Of a DNA stretch of 64,000 nt, positions 26,277-40,999 are shown piece by piece. Source of the DNA: Octopus vulgaris (lineage: Eukaryota). Position 1 is the stretch's first letter, and each line of letters begins with the position of its first letter. The stretch spans positions 6,386,001 through 6,450,000 of the forward strand of contig OX597837.1 in NCBI GenBank assembly GCA_951406725.2, in the 5' to 3' direction. Both the position numbers and the translations under genes were made by a program. The notes under the pieces were generated by a model. The model was not told the DNA's origin. It worked only from the letters and a program-made list of their open reading frames with translations, and did not search any database.

Positions 26277-26469
26277 ATATATATTTCCTCTATCATCTCT
26301 ATTTAATTTATTCATTTATTGTCCTAATTCTATTTACCTTACTCTATCTTATCTCCAATCAACCTGTACAAACCCCACCGCCGCCCGAACATGTAACAAT
26401 ACAAATTATAAACCGTATCACTCAGTCTGCAATAATGAATCCATAAACACATATAAAACAAAATTAGTT

Positions 26470-26710
26470 TCTCGTGTCATACCGACTCATAAGGGCCGGC
26501 TTTCCGGTTTCATTGCGTGTACTTAATCCTCACCTGGACGGAACGCCAGTCCGTCGCAGGATTACTCATTTTTTTGCCAGTTGTTTGGACTGGAGCGACA
26601 TGAAAGGAAGTGCTTTGCTCAAGAACACAAGCGTCGCCCGGTCCATGAATCGAAACCACAATCTTACGACCATGAGTCCAATAGTCTAACTATTTACCCA
26701 CGCACCTCCA
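26470..26710 (-). mobile_element. SINE family D (tRNA-like head, cctgcgacggactggcg-type central block)
   Basis: Minus strand ggaggtgcgtgggtaaatagttag...ggtttcgattc...ttcttgagcaaagcactt...cctgcgacggactggcgttccgtccagg; relatives at 12395, 53210, 54080 and 61251. Confidence 0.75.
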
Positions 26711-27532
26711 TTGTGCATATGCATGTTTCTATATGGATGAATATATGAACATAGGGAGAGGAAGAGGTTGAGAGTGGACGCGGATGAAAGAGATGAGAGA
26801 GTGAGAGGGGAGAGAGAGAGAGAAATTTTCACCGCAAGTCATTGGTCAGTAAAATCATTTCGTGTAATCATAAACGAAGAATTCGTGTCAGATGCTGTGC
26901 TGGGAAAAAGCTGGAAACCGAAAGCATGTGGCTCAGGAACGAATTTCCATTTTCAGGGAAGTTCTTCGGAAGGCAAAAGGAAAAGAAAGAAAAAATAATA
27001 AAACGAAACAAAGTATCCTTCTAGTGCCTATGGAAATATAAGTTAATAACGAGTAGAAACCCGTGAGAGCCTTAGGGCAGGAGAAAGCTTTCGTGCAATC
27101 TCGTTTGAAATACACTCCAGGAGGTACTATATCACGATTCGATTGTATATACAGATCTGCCAGCTCAGAGTTAACCTACAGTTACACAATGACAACAACA
27201 ACAACAAAAACAGTAACAACATCGTCAAGAATAACACAAACAACAACAACAATAATATTAACGTTGAATTTCGATTTAACAATTACAGTTATTTCATTTC
27301 GTTTATGTCCCTTGGGAAGAACCAAAACATTACTCAATTTCATTTCTAAATTCCATTTTGTTGTAATTATACAAGAAATTATTACTATGTGAGTATATAT
27401 TTAAAATATGTGTGTGTGTATGTATGTGCATGCATACATACATACATACATACATACATACATGAATACATATATACATATATAGAGATACGCATAAATA
27501 TATAAATATAGAGATAGACAGCTGCTGGGTGG

Positions 27533-27582
<50 letters not shown>

Positions 27583-27693
27583 GCACATACACATACATAT
27601 ATTTGTACATGCATATACATATGTATATACACACATATATACGTGTGCGTGTATTTGTCTATCTACCTAACTATCAATATATATATCTATTTA

Positions 27694-27741
<48 letters not shown>

Positions 27742-27810
27742 ACTATCTATCTATCTTATCTATCTACCTATCTATCTATCAATATATCTAACTATTTATC
27801 TATCTATCTA

Positions 27811-27883
<73 letters not shown>

Positions 27884-27940
27884 AACTATCTATCCATCTA
27901 ACCTATCTACCTATCTTTCTATCTATCTCTGTATATATAA

Positions 27941-27988
<48 letters not shown>

Positions 27989-28309
27989 GTTAAGATTCTT
28001 TCTAGATATCGATAAGACTGGATAACGATAATGATATCATTGCGTGTGTTATCATCTACTTTGGCGAAAGAAGAGATAGCAGATAAACACCAGCACATAA
28101 TCGCTAAAATGAGAATATCAATCTTGCATAATACTCTCGACACGTAATTGACCGAGTCGATAAATGTCATACATAGTTCGAGAATATAAATGAGATGATG
28201 GGGCTGCGCGGGATGGAGTGTGGGCGTGTGATTAAAGAGAAGAAAAAGAGCGTTTCATGAGACTGTTCTTCCGATTTCGAATCCACTGTGTAGATCTGCC
28301 TCGTGCAAG

Positions 28310-28650
28310 CAAATGGTATTTATTACGGGAAGACGAAAGTGAAAGTTGACTTCGGAGGAATTTGAACTCAGAATGTAAAGACAGGCGAAATGCCGTTTAC
28401 CGTTTTGCCGAACGTGCGAAAGATTCACTCCGCTCACCACCTTAACAACAACATCAACAATAATAACCAGTGGTTAGGGCAGCGGACTCGCGGTCGTAAG
28501 AACGTGGTTTCGATTCCCAGACTGGGCATTGTGAGTGTTTATTGAGCAAAAACACCCAAGCTCCACGAGGCTCCGGCGGTGGGGTGGGGTGAACCCAGCT
28601 GTACTCTTTCTAACCACAACTTTCTCTCACTCATTCTCCCTACTTCTGCC
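28310..28650. mobile_element. SINE B fragment (28310-28442 -) and SINE C 5' half (28469-28650 +)
   Basis: gttgacttcggaggaatttgaactcagaa; agtggttagggcagcggactcgcggtcg...tcgattcccagac. Confidence 0.82.
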
Positions 28651-28931
28651 AAAAAGTAGAGGAGCCATGGTGTGGCCCACTATGTTGTGGTAAATTTTCA
28701 GACCCTAGTTTAAATTGCGAATCCTCTGTACCCTATGATGGTTAAGCTCGCCACCCGTTAAAATCCACCGTTTACGGAATGAGGATAACAACGTAGCTTT
28801 CGCGCCCGTGCAACCACCAATCTATCACGTGTGGTGAGTGGATCTTCAAGTTGCCGCACACATTCTTAGTAGCTTAAAGTAGGCTCGAATTAGGGAGTAT
28901 TCTTTGTGACTAATGGCGTGAGTCCTCATTG

Positions 28932-29010
28932 GAAGAAGAAGAAGAAGAAGAAGAAGAAGAAGAAGAAGAAGAAGAAGAAGAAGAAGAAGAAGAAGAAGAA
29001 GAAGAAGAAG
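28932..29010. repeat. Perfect (GAA)n tract, possibly the tail of a retroposon at ~28660-28930
   Basis: Direct reading; the tail interpretation is inference. Confidence 0.9.
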
Positions 29011-29478
29011 AACTACAACAGCAACAACAACAACAAGACAGCAAGAACAATAATCATAGCAATAAAACCTTCAAGATACATAGAAAGATGCGTGAGAGAG
29101 ATAAATTCATTTCTCTTGATTAATATTTCAACAATTAACCAAAATATAATAAAAATACAATAACATTAAAATAAAATAAATTGAATACAAAACCAAGTCG
29201 TATTTCAATTATCAGTTTAAATAATTCAATATTGAAATTTATTAAATAATGTTAATTATAATAAAATGGAAGTACTATGAAATAAATTTTTATTATTTCT
29301 TTACTCTCTAACCTTTCCTGTGTTTTAGTGTAAATGTGTGTGTGCGTGAGTGTGTGCTTGTATGAGTGAGTGTATGTGTGTTTCTATTTGATATAAGTGC
29401 CCCTTCATGTGTATGTATATATATATGTGTGTGTATTTGTGTGTAAGCATGTGTGTGTTTATCTGTGTGTTTGTCAGT

Positions 29479-29524
<46 letters not shown>

Positions 29525-29613
29525 TTGTGCGTGAATATAACGCCATATTTTTATTATTTTTCTCTTTCGTTCAATTATGTATTGTGTTTTCTGATACAAG
29601 AATTTGTTTTTGC

Positions 29614-29627
29614 TATTATTATTATTA

Positions 29628-29695
<68 letters not shown>

Positions 29696-29885
29696 GTTAT
29701 TATTATTATTATTATTATTATTGTTGTTATTGTTATTATTACTTTTATTATTACTATTATTATTATTGTCATTATTATTATCATCTTAATTATTATTACT
29801 TTTATTATTATTAATATTATTATTATTATCTTTATTATTATTTTCATCATCATCATCATTACTATTATTATTATTATTATTATTG
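29614..29885. repeat. Imperfect (TTA)n tract
   Basis: Direct reading. Confidence 0.95.
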
Positions 29886-30278
29886 ATGTTGTTGTTGTCG
29901 TTGATGTGTACGTTGTTAATATTATTATCGTCGTTCCGTTGTTTAAACATTTTTAAAATACACACAGGATATATATTTGTTATTGATTTTGTTGGTGTTG
30001 TTGTTGTGGTTGCCGTTAATGTTGTTGGTGTTATTCCTATTGTCGTATAAACAACTATATAAATGAATAAACAAAAGAACAAACAAACAAATACAGAAAT
30101 AAACGAATAAAAGGTCTAATTTATGTTACATCTTAAATCATGATAATTAAAACAACACATCGCTTCGTTGTTATCTATTTCTTAATTAAACAAAAACAAA
30201 AGCAAAAACAAAGATAAGCATGCATAAATCTATACAAATATAAATACATACATACATAAATGCACACACACACACACG

Positions 30279-30309
<31 letters not shown>

Positions 30310-30433
30310 CATTTATATTTGTACATATATATATACGCACATATATATATATGCATATTTATGTATATATATATATATATATAAATATATGTATATATAT
30401 AAATATATATGTATATGTATATACATATATATA

Positions 30434-30512
<79 letters not shown>

Positions 30513-30519
30513 ATATATA

Positions 30520-30582
<63 letters not shown>

Positions 30583-30854
30583 AAGTTGAATGGGAAACAG
30601 AGAGACCATAGACGTAAAACGACAACGACGGTACTAACAGTTGCAACAACAAAAATAAAATGGTGTCTGTATGTATAAATCTGCTATATGATACTATAAA
30701 TTCAAACGGGAGCATCTTAGCGTTCTGAAATAAATCGCGAAAATAGTCGAATACGTTTAAATGTCTTCTTTAACTCTCTTCAACCAATGAACACCACACA
30801 CTTCCACACACGCCTGCATACACCACATATGTATGCATACATATATTCATACAA

Positions 30855-30903
<49 letters not shown>

Positions 30904-30919
30904 CATATATATATGTATG

Positions 30920-30986
<67 letters not shown>

Positions 30987-31059
30987 TTATACATATATAT
31001 ATATATATATGCATACAGTCAAACATAAATAAAGGCGTGTTCATATATGCATATATATA

Positions 31060-31108
<49 letters not shown>

Positions 31109-31122
31109 TTATATATATATGA

Positions 31123-31158
<36 letters not shown>

Positions 31159-32324
31159 GCATATACATATGTATATATATATATGAATATATATATGTTT
31201 GTGTGTATATATATATGCTTACAGTCAAACATAAATAAAGGCGTGTTTATATATGCATATATATAGGTGTATATATATATATATATATATATATTTGTTT
31301 ATATACACATTTTCTAACATATAGAAAGGAGGGAAAAAAACAGAATTAAAAAGAAGGGGGAGATAATGCAGACATGACAGTAATAATAATGATATATATG
31401 ACTTCTGAATAATGGTATTGGCTCGCTGCCATAAATTTAAGAAATATCGTGTGTGTCAGTTTCAGTGTGCGTGTGACCGTATGTGTATGTACCAGGAGTG
31501 TTCGGGTGTTTATGTATCGAATAATGCATAGGTACACACATAAACACATAATATATATATATGTATGTGTGTATTCATTAATATATATGTATATACGTGT
31601 GAGTGCGTTCATATATTTTCGTGTTAAATTTTGGCATAAGGCCAGAAACTTCGAGGGATTTGTGAGTTGATTGTATTGACCAAAGTCTTCAACTGGTACT
31701 TAATTTATCAAACCCGGGTATACAAAATGAAAGGTCAACCTTGGTGGCATTTGAACTCAGAACGTAAAAAACGACATGACGCAGAGCATTTCGTCCAGCG
31801 TGCTAACGATTCTGCCAAATTACCGTCTTATGGCGATATTATATTTCATAAGCTTATATACTTTCTCTCTAATTCTTTTTTCTCCCCTTCACCGTTTTCT
31901 ATCAGTCTCTTTCTCTCCATCTTTCTAGTTTTCTCTCTTTCTCTCTCTCACACACATGACCATCGTCCATCTTTCTTTATTTCATTCCTTTCAGTCTGTC
32001 ATACAGACCAGACTAATTTTCTCTTTCTCCCCTTCTCTCTGTTCTCTTGTCAAAGACAATATTCCTCCAGTGTTCGCTACCTTACCTCCTCTGGCCTAAC
32101 GGCCCTCCACGTTTGTTTTGGTTTCGTTTGTTGTATGGCTTCACTGTCCTGTTTTTGTTACCAACTTTGATCCCCCGCAAATCAGAAAATTTCATTTTGG
32201 TTCGCGGGAGCAACTACCTTTCGAAGCATCATATTGTCATTAATTGCTCTAAATGAGAAGTAGAACTTTTCATATACCCCTCGTATATAAATAGATAGAC
32301 AGATAAAAAATGGCTGGGTGGATG

Positions 32325-32427
<103 letters not shown>

Positions 32428-32492
32428 GGAGGGATGGATGGATGGATAGATAAAGAGAGGGAGATTGCTTGATATATATATATATATATATA

Positions 32493-32664
32493 TAATAGGA
32501 AGCTTTATGAAAATAAACAAAAGACGAAGGCAGGAATAGAAATAAAACAAGTCTTTTACGTTTCGAGCCTACGCCCTTCGACAGAAAGATACACAGAAAA
32601 GAACCACGGAGAGAAACAAGGAGAGAAAAAGAATGCGTGCAGGAGCTAACGAATCAACATGGCG
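32493..32664 (-). mobile_element. Short TA-flanked repeat (Penelope-like pseudo-LTR) with a hammerhead-like motif at 32551-32590
   Basis: Homologous to 48475-48685; minus strand tcttt CTGTCGA a gggc gtag gctc GAAAC GTA aaaga. Confidence 0.65.
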
Positions 32665-32708
32665 GTCTCTATATATACACATACATATACATATACATAT
32701 ATATATAC

Positions 32709-32747
<39 letters not shown>

Positions 32748-34309
32748 CATACATATACATATACATTATGCATGAACCTGTCCTTATACAAACGTGTGTG
32801 TGCGTGTGTTTATTTGTGTGTATGTATTCCTGTGTGAGTTTATGTGGGTATATAGGCGTATGTGTGTACTGGATGTAACGATAGCTTTTAACGTTTAGAA
32901 TTTTTTACAGCTCTCTTATGCTGAGTTTCGTCAGCGCTTTCTCAAATATAAAGGCATTTTTCTAATAAATTTCTGTCTTGTAAAGTATTATATGTGTTTT
33001 GAAATTGAAGTTTATAAGTAGCCCGATTCTTAAATCTTAAAATTTTCTCATTGAAAATGGTTTACGATTTAGATATGAGCCTATAAAATAATGCCTTAAA
33101 ATGGAGAGAAGTCAGGGAGAAAATTGTTGGGACATGAGCAAATAGCTAGGGCTGAATAAAGAAATTTAACGGAAGGATAGAGAAGAAAAATAACAGCAAG
33201 TAAAACGAGAATATTTTGCTAGGATATGCTAACAACAGCTAGAATTAGCTTTATGGAGAAATGATATATTCATTAGGGATAGTTCTGTAGCAGAATAAGG
33301 AATTTTAGATCTTGTGTATATGTTATTGGCTGAATATAGAAGTATGGAAAAAGTAAAAGAAGGTAAAGAGCTGAAGTAATTCGATTCTGTGAAGTGTTCA
33401 ATTGGAAGGGAAGAAAAAGCAGAGAGAAGGTGTGCCTGTTAAAGAAAAGACTTGATGAGAAAGAAATGATATACTTATATATGGAGTGTGTAAACGGAAA
33501 TAAGAAAATATTATGTTTGTGATAGTGTCAGTACGTAGCCGGGTGGGTGTGGAGAAGAAAGCTGGCAAGTGGGAGTTGTAAATGTATTCAATTTAATGGA
33601 GTGTTGAATAATAAATGAAAGAACAAAAAAAGTGATATAAACAAAATCTCATTAATATAAAGAAAAGAATGAAAAAAATAAACAGAGATGGAAATTGACA
33701 TATATGACAGTAGAGGGCAAACATTTAATTGTTGCTTAAATAAACAATAAAAGTGACTAAAATAAATTATATAGCTTAAATGTATGGAAGATTCTATAAA
33801 GATTTTTCAAGTTCATTTTCCAATTATAAAAAGAGAAGTCAATTTGATAATAGCTTTCACTGTACTTCGACATATCTTTGGGAAACTGAGAGAAGAGAGA
33901 ACGAAGCAGCGATACGAGAGAGGTAAACGCATTAGGTTTATAGAGTATAAGAATAGAAAGTCACAATGTTAAAAAGAAAGAAAGGAAGAGAAAGAAAAGA
34001 AAAGGAATATAATTCTTTAAATAAAATAAAATAAGATAAAATATGTTGAAACAGCTGATAAATAAAATATAATTCAATAAAATAACATGAAAATGTGAAG
34101 AAACTGTTTTTTACTCAAATTCATGTTCATTTCTATTATTTAGAAAAACTCAAGAACGAGGCACTTTACGAGTCGTCAAATATGCAAACTATCTTTGGAA
34201 AATACTTCGTTGTTAAAAAGCGTTTGGTAAAAACCGCGAGAGAACGTTAAATATGCCTAGAACCATTTGTTTATATAGATATATAAAAGCCAAATTCCAA
34301 AAATTTGTA

Positions 34310-34418
34310 GGCGTAGGAGTGGCTGTGTGGTAAGTAGCTTGCTTACTAACCACATGGCTCCGGGTTCAGTCCTACTGCGTGGCACCTTCTAGTACAGCCT
34401 CAGGCCGGCCAAAGCCTT
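34310..34418 (+). mobile_element. SINE family A head fragment
   Basis: ggcgtaggagtggctgtgtggtaagtagcttgcttactaaccacatgg. Confidence 0.88.
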
Positions 34419-34656
34419 CCATCTGTCGTGCTCGCTTCCGTTCTTGCGTTTGCTAAATTTTCTTGAGAACATTCCTTTCTTAGTGCTAAGACCATAGCAG
34501 ATCTACTTCTAGCATAAGGGTTGTCCACATAGTGGTCATACCTCTTATATGTAAGTAATATAATTTACTGAACCTCCAGATTTTAATATGCTAGATCACT
34601 GGTTTTAAATTGATATTAATCAAATTATATTCAATTTTTCACCCTAATTATCTTAA

Positions 34657-34713
<57 letters not shown>

Positions 34714-34714
34714 T

Positions 34715-34803
<89 letters not shown>

Positions 34804-35035
34804 TAGCAATCCTTCGACTATCGCGGGTGCTACGTTCCAAAACTGCCCTAGGGAAATAATTAAAATATTAAAAAAAGATATAAACTCGAGATATACGTTT
34901 ACATAAATTAGCCAGAAAAATCCGTGATGTACTGAGTGCGGGATAGGTGAACCTCGATGTACAGATTGCGCGATAGGTGAACCGCGATGCACTGAGTACG
35001 CGATAGGTGAAACGCGATATGGGGATGGATTACTG
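34804..35035. mobile_element. pogo/Tigger-like MITE with degenerate TIRs and three internal 30-bp repeats
   Basis: Left tagcaatccttcgactatcgcg vs right cgcgatatggggatggattactg (CAGT...-type TIR); unit cgcgatgtactgagtgcgcgataggtgaac x3 at 34923-35012. Confidence 0.6.
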
Positions 35036-35097
35036 TGGATCGTTGATGATTGTTTTACTTCGTCTTTCGTTTTCTCTTGGACATTCTTCTGTCTCCC

Positions 35098-35132
35098 GTT
35101 TCTGACGAAGAGCTGTGCTCGAAACGTAAAAC
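35098..35132 (+). ncRNA. Minimal hammerhead-like motif with loop-less palindromic stem III
   Basis: gttt CTGACGA a gagc tgt gctc GAAAC GTA aaac; stem I gttt/aaac, stem II gagc/gctc, ACGT palindrome. Confidence 0.65.
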
Positions 35133-35257
35133 TCCCTATCTTTCCTTCCTCGAGCTTCTGCGAATTCTTTGCATTACCACGTCTTCGTATCGTTGTTTTT
35201 CCATGTTCTTTTAGTTCGTGTTTTTTTTTTGGGGTGGGGGGATTAATTATATATATG

Positions 35258-35299
<42 letters not shown>

Positions 35300-35635
35300 T
35301 ATGTATATATGCTTGTATATAGGCAAGTTTGGCGTCTGACAGATATAACTGTATTAATTCTGTAACGTAATTGATACCTCAAAGACGTACATACGAAACA
35401 TGTATTTAATATATAATTGTTCCATATGGAAGCTAAAATATGTTCTTTTGCAATCACGTATAGTTTTTTCTTTTCTAAAACAGACCAACACACGCATAAA
35501 TACAGACACAGACAGACAGACACAAACACATATGCACACACATAAACATACACACAGAGAGGAACATAAGCTCATATGTACTCAAACTAATGCAGATGTA
35601 TATATGTGCATATATGCATATTGCGCAAGTATATG

Positions 35636-35681
<46 letters not shown>

Positions 35682-35867
35682 TATATGTATACATACATAC
35701 ATATATGTGTGGGAATCTCTTTACAACTCTCTCTCAATTTCTGTCTGTCTATCTTCGTTTCTGTCTCTCTCTCTCTCACTATATATATATATATATGTGT
35801 GCGTGTGTGTGTGTGTGTATACTTATATATATGTGTCTATACATACACACATACCTAGATATATCGT

Positions 35868-35984
<117 letters not shown>

Positions 35985-36502
35985 CACATGCATATATATA
36001 TTAAACATGGATTTTACGTAGCAAACAAACATGGCATATATCTCTTCATTCATATGTCTGCCTAGTTATAACGTAAAGTATATTTATAGAATAATAAATA
36101 CTAAATAGTCTTCAAGCTCTGCAAATAGGAATTATTCCTGTCTGTCTAATAGTAAAATTATATTACGTAGTATATAAAATTGGAGCTAGAAATGTCATTC
36201 TGTCTGTCTTGTTTTCAGGAATTCACAAAGAACCATACCATCTATAGAATATTATGTAAGGAGCTGCCAACATGCGACATAATGTGTCAAAATCTAATGG
36301 AAATCTACATAACGTTAAGACATGTTTAAAGATCTGGCAAATGGCGGATAATACGGTATTATTGATCTTAAGTATACATAGAGATTAATACTTATTTTAT
36401 ATTATAATGGTACCTGTGTGGATACGTACATATAGGCACGGGCATAGCTCTGTGGTTAGATGCATGCTTTCCACCCACCTCGTTCCGGTTTCAATCCCAT
36501 AC

Positions 36503-36551
<49 letters not shown>

Positions 36552-36636
36552 GAGAGAGCGAGAGAGAGCGAGAGAGAGGGGGACCAAAGTGTACATACGC
36601 CACTATATATATACATATATATATACATATATATAC

Positions 36637-36667
<31 letters not shown>

Positions 36668-36728
36668 CACACATATATATATATACATATATATAAACAT
36701 ATATATATATTATATATATATGTGTGTG

Positions 36729-36777
<49 letters not shown>

Positions 36778-37477
36778 AAATGGGACAAAAAAGGAAAACA
36801 TCCAGACAGGTGATACAAAAAAGGGGCAAGAAAACATCGAGATAGACGATACAAAGAAAAGAAGGACGGGTCACTCGGAGTTTTCTTTCCTCATACGAGT
36901 TCCAGGTTATCTTTGCAATCTCGGCTGGTTATGTTCGAGATATATTTATAAAATAGAAAATCATATTGAAACTCACATTGATCTTGTACAAGAAGTGCTT
37001 TGATCTCAGTAATTATCAAGAAGCATGATTCGTCTCAAAACACCTTATTTTCGATAAGCAGGCAAATACCTGAATAGTTGCTTCTATCCTGTGTCTAATG
37101 GGATCTTTTGTGAGGAACATTTTTTTCAAGAGTCATTTCCATGATATGCTAATTAACCCATAGTTGTGATCCTAACATGTTTTCCTCCTCCGACTTAGAG
37201 CAGAGCTGGAAACAGTGAATGGCTGAGAGGTGGTTCCATGTGGTTCTATTTGAAGTCAACCGAACCGAACAGAAAATATTATAACGAGCGATATTGAATC
37301 AATGCAACCGTAAAGAAATTCCTTTATCTGAGACACAAATAGCTCTTCGTTTTCTCAGATCTCTCAAGAGTTGAATTATATGGAATCTGCCTATTTATTA
37401 CCTCTGATTAAGCAATTACAAATATACATCAGTGAGCTAGTAGCATCAGAGGCATGCCGGACAAAATGCTTGGCGTA

Positions 37478-37740
37478 GGCGCATGTGTGATATTGTGGTA
37501 AAGAAGTTTGCTCCCCTACCACGTGGTTCTGAGTTCAGTCCTACTACGTGGAAACGTGGGCAAGTGTCTTCTACTATAGCCTCTGACCAACCAAAGCCTT
37601 GTGAGTGGATTTGGTAGACGGAAACTGAAAGAAGCCCGCCGCACATATGTGTATATATATATATGTGGATGTGTCTTTGTGTCTGTGTTTGCCGGCCAAC
37701 CACCACTTGACAACTGGTGTTGGTTTATTTACATCCCCTG
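37478..37740 (+). mobile_element. SINE family A, 3'-truncated
   Basis: gggcaagtgtcttctactatagcc...gccttgtgagtggatttggtagacggaaactgaaagaagccc. Confidence 0.88.
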
Positions 37741-39119
37741 TTAAGGTATTGCTCTTCCACACTCGATAATAATACATGCTGAGCTGTTTACACGTTAATT
37801 CGGGATTAGATATTTCAGTTTAACAAACAAATAAATTCTCGTTGTCTAACGACAACGAAGATTCGTTAGTCTGTACCACTTATACCTTCGTCTGGTTCTC
37901 TTTTCTAAATACATGTCTCATGTCTATATAAGTAGCAACATATAAACACATTAGGAATATACATTGTCCAACTCGAGTGTTTCTCCCGGTTTAATACAAT
38001 TTTGCAAAGCCAGATTCCCCGATTGAGCGATGTGGCATGAACGACTTGTTTGGGTTTTAGTCACATTGATCGTTTACTAACTGAAATACCACAACTGCGC
38101 ATGCCATGGCTCTAAATAATAACAGCAGTTCATAAAAATTAACTGCTTGACCCTGGTCTTTGGCAGTTTGTTGCCTGTTTATGTACTCAACATAGGGTAA
38201 CATTCAATAAACTCTCTTGTAGAAATAGTTCACCTCCGCTAAACTGAAGCCCGTGATTTCATCATACCAGTACCTGAAGTGGTTACACGCTATTTAACCA
38301 ATAGCAGCAACTTTCTGAGATGATACTACTCCGGTTCACAACAAACTAGGGAACAGCAGTGGTAAAAAGTGGTCTCCCACCCCTCAAGCTTATAAAAACT
38401 CCAAACCAGTGACACACTACCGGATGCAGTTTAAAGTTATGCCCAAGATATAGGATATTATTATATATTTAGTACAACACTCCTGTACTAAATATATTAC
38501 ATACCACTTAAATAAAACGTATATTTTAGATCATTTGCGATAACATTTGTTACATTTCTACCGAGGCTAGGAAAAGAAAATCTATTATTAATACTTTCAC
38601 CAAGTGCTGGCTACTCTCTACTAATGCTAGCGTGAAATGCAGTTTGACTGTGTGCAGATTTGCATATTACATCTATAATTGAATCGTCCTACTCTCGTGA
38701 TAAAGATCTAACTTGACATATCGACGTAACGGCCACATAACTTTGGACGTTTCGGCTGCTACTGCTGCAGTGCTATCCCTGGCAAACGTTAGGAATACAT
38801 TACAAATAGACATATATATATATATTTTTTTTATATATACACTTAGACATATACATGACAAACATGTATATATATATATGCATGTAAATAATTATATACG
38901 TATTTGTGTATGTATATCTATATGTATATGTTTGCATGTATATATATATATATTTATATATATACACGAATATGTATATATGTATATATATGTATATATA
39001 TATATATATACATATATGTATGTATTTGTAAGTATATGCATATCAGTGCGTTTGTGCGTATATGTGGATACAGATAATTATATACACGAAAATATATATA
39101 TATACATACCTACACATAA

Positions 39120-39158
<39 letters not shown>

Positions 39159-39731
39159 CACACACATATGCACATACACACACATATATATGTATATACA
39201 TAATAGATATCGATACATACACAAAATATATGCAAGCGGACATACATATGGTTGTATATGCAGGCTTACATAAATACACGCACATCTATACATAGTTTGG
39301 TATATCTGGGTACGGGTGTGTATATAGTGATAATATATTAGGATAAAAAGCGGGGTTATGGTATTATATATAGCCAGTGGCGATATTCTCTTCTTTTTCT
39401 TTCTTTCTCTCACCACAATAACCGATTCCTATTTTCTCATATCAATGAACGCAGACACAACTTTGAGTGTGCGTCCAATTCCACTGTTTGAAACGGAACT
39501 AATGCATAGACAGAACATATATACATACATACATACATACATACATACATACATACATACATACATACATACATACGTACGTACATACATACATAAATTT
39601 ATATGTATATGTGAGCGTGTCTGTGTGTATGTGTGCGTGGTATAGAGAGATAGAGTGTATGCGGGAGAGAGAGGGGGAGAGAGAGACAAATAGACAGCCA
39701 GGCAGAGATAGAAATCGACACACACACACAC

Positions 39732-39775
<44 letters not shown>

Positions 39776-39999
39776 ATGTGTGTGTGTGTATTATATACGT
39801 ATATACATTTTTGTGCCTATGCATATACATATATATATATATATATAATATGCATACATATATATGTATATATATATGTATATATATATATATATATACC
39901 TATATATATAATGTATATATATATATACTTATACATATATATATACATGTATTACTCTTTTTACTCTTATATATATACATATATATATATATACACACG

Positions 40000-40030
<31 letters not shown>

Positions 40031-40999
40031 GCGAGAGAGAAAGGGTGGGAGAAAGTGGAAGTGGGAGGGAGATACAGGGTGTGTGGACGTTGATTGATGG
40101 AATAATATATAACGAATTAGTTTCTAACTTGTGTATATAGGAGGATTTTTGTGTCATAACAGACTCCATACATATATTCGAATTCATGTTGGTGTCCATG
40201 TGTCTGCCTGCATATATGGGTACATGGTAGAGACAACGGCTTATATATGGTTAATATAAATCGTGCGTTATTTCCCATATATGCTCTTTCTCTCTCTCCC
40301 TTGTTCTGTCTCTCGTTCTCTCTCTCTCTCTATGTTTCTCTATTTATCTCTGTTGCTAGTAATCTTACGTACACACGACTATAACACTTTCAATAATAAT
40401 GCTACAGAATAAAGCTGTGAGACAAATGAAGGTTGAGAGTTCGATTCTCATAGAATTTTTACCAACGTCTTCCTTTTGTATCTGCACACAGGACATTTTG
40501 TTACTCGTTAAAAAATGTTTTCCATTTCTTAAAAACTAGAAAAATAACATTAAACGATTTTCGTTTCGCTCCGAAAAATTCCTTTATTCTCTTCACTAAA
40601 CTGTAGTCCGTCATTGATACAATTCTTTTCACCTAAACTAGTGACCACTAATAACGGATGCAGCACAATTTCCACGCAAGGTCTCCCCAGAAAAACTGCT
40701 CCGTTAGTCTCTCCGATTTTCACTATGGCCACCAGAAGGTTAAGCGCTGGTCTTCAGTTTCATATTTCGGGCCAGTTTTGAAGATGAATTTGTTTTGGTG
40801 TCAGCAGTGTGAAATGATTTCAGTTCCTATGTTCAGAGTGTGTTTTGGGTTGATCATGTTGTACTTTTCTGTGGTGCAGAAAAGTACTCACTGAAATACA
40901 TACATTAAAGAGGGACATTTTTAGATTGGCTTTATAATGTAATACCCCTATCTTGAACTGTGCCTTTATTCACACGGGCATAAATATATAAATAAAATT

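Noticed and set aside
32900-32940. Hammerhead from minus-strand CTGACGA at ~32928-32934
   Set aside because: No separate GAAA after a stem II and no stem I/III pairing; consistent with chance.
40540-40894. Mariner transposase or host exon in the 60-aa and 78-aa ORFs
   Set aside because: I could not find DDE/D motifs or convincing splice signals; left unassigned.
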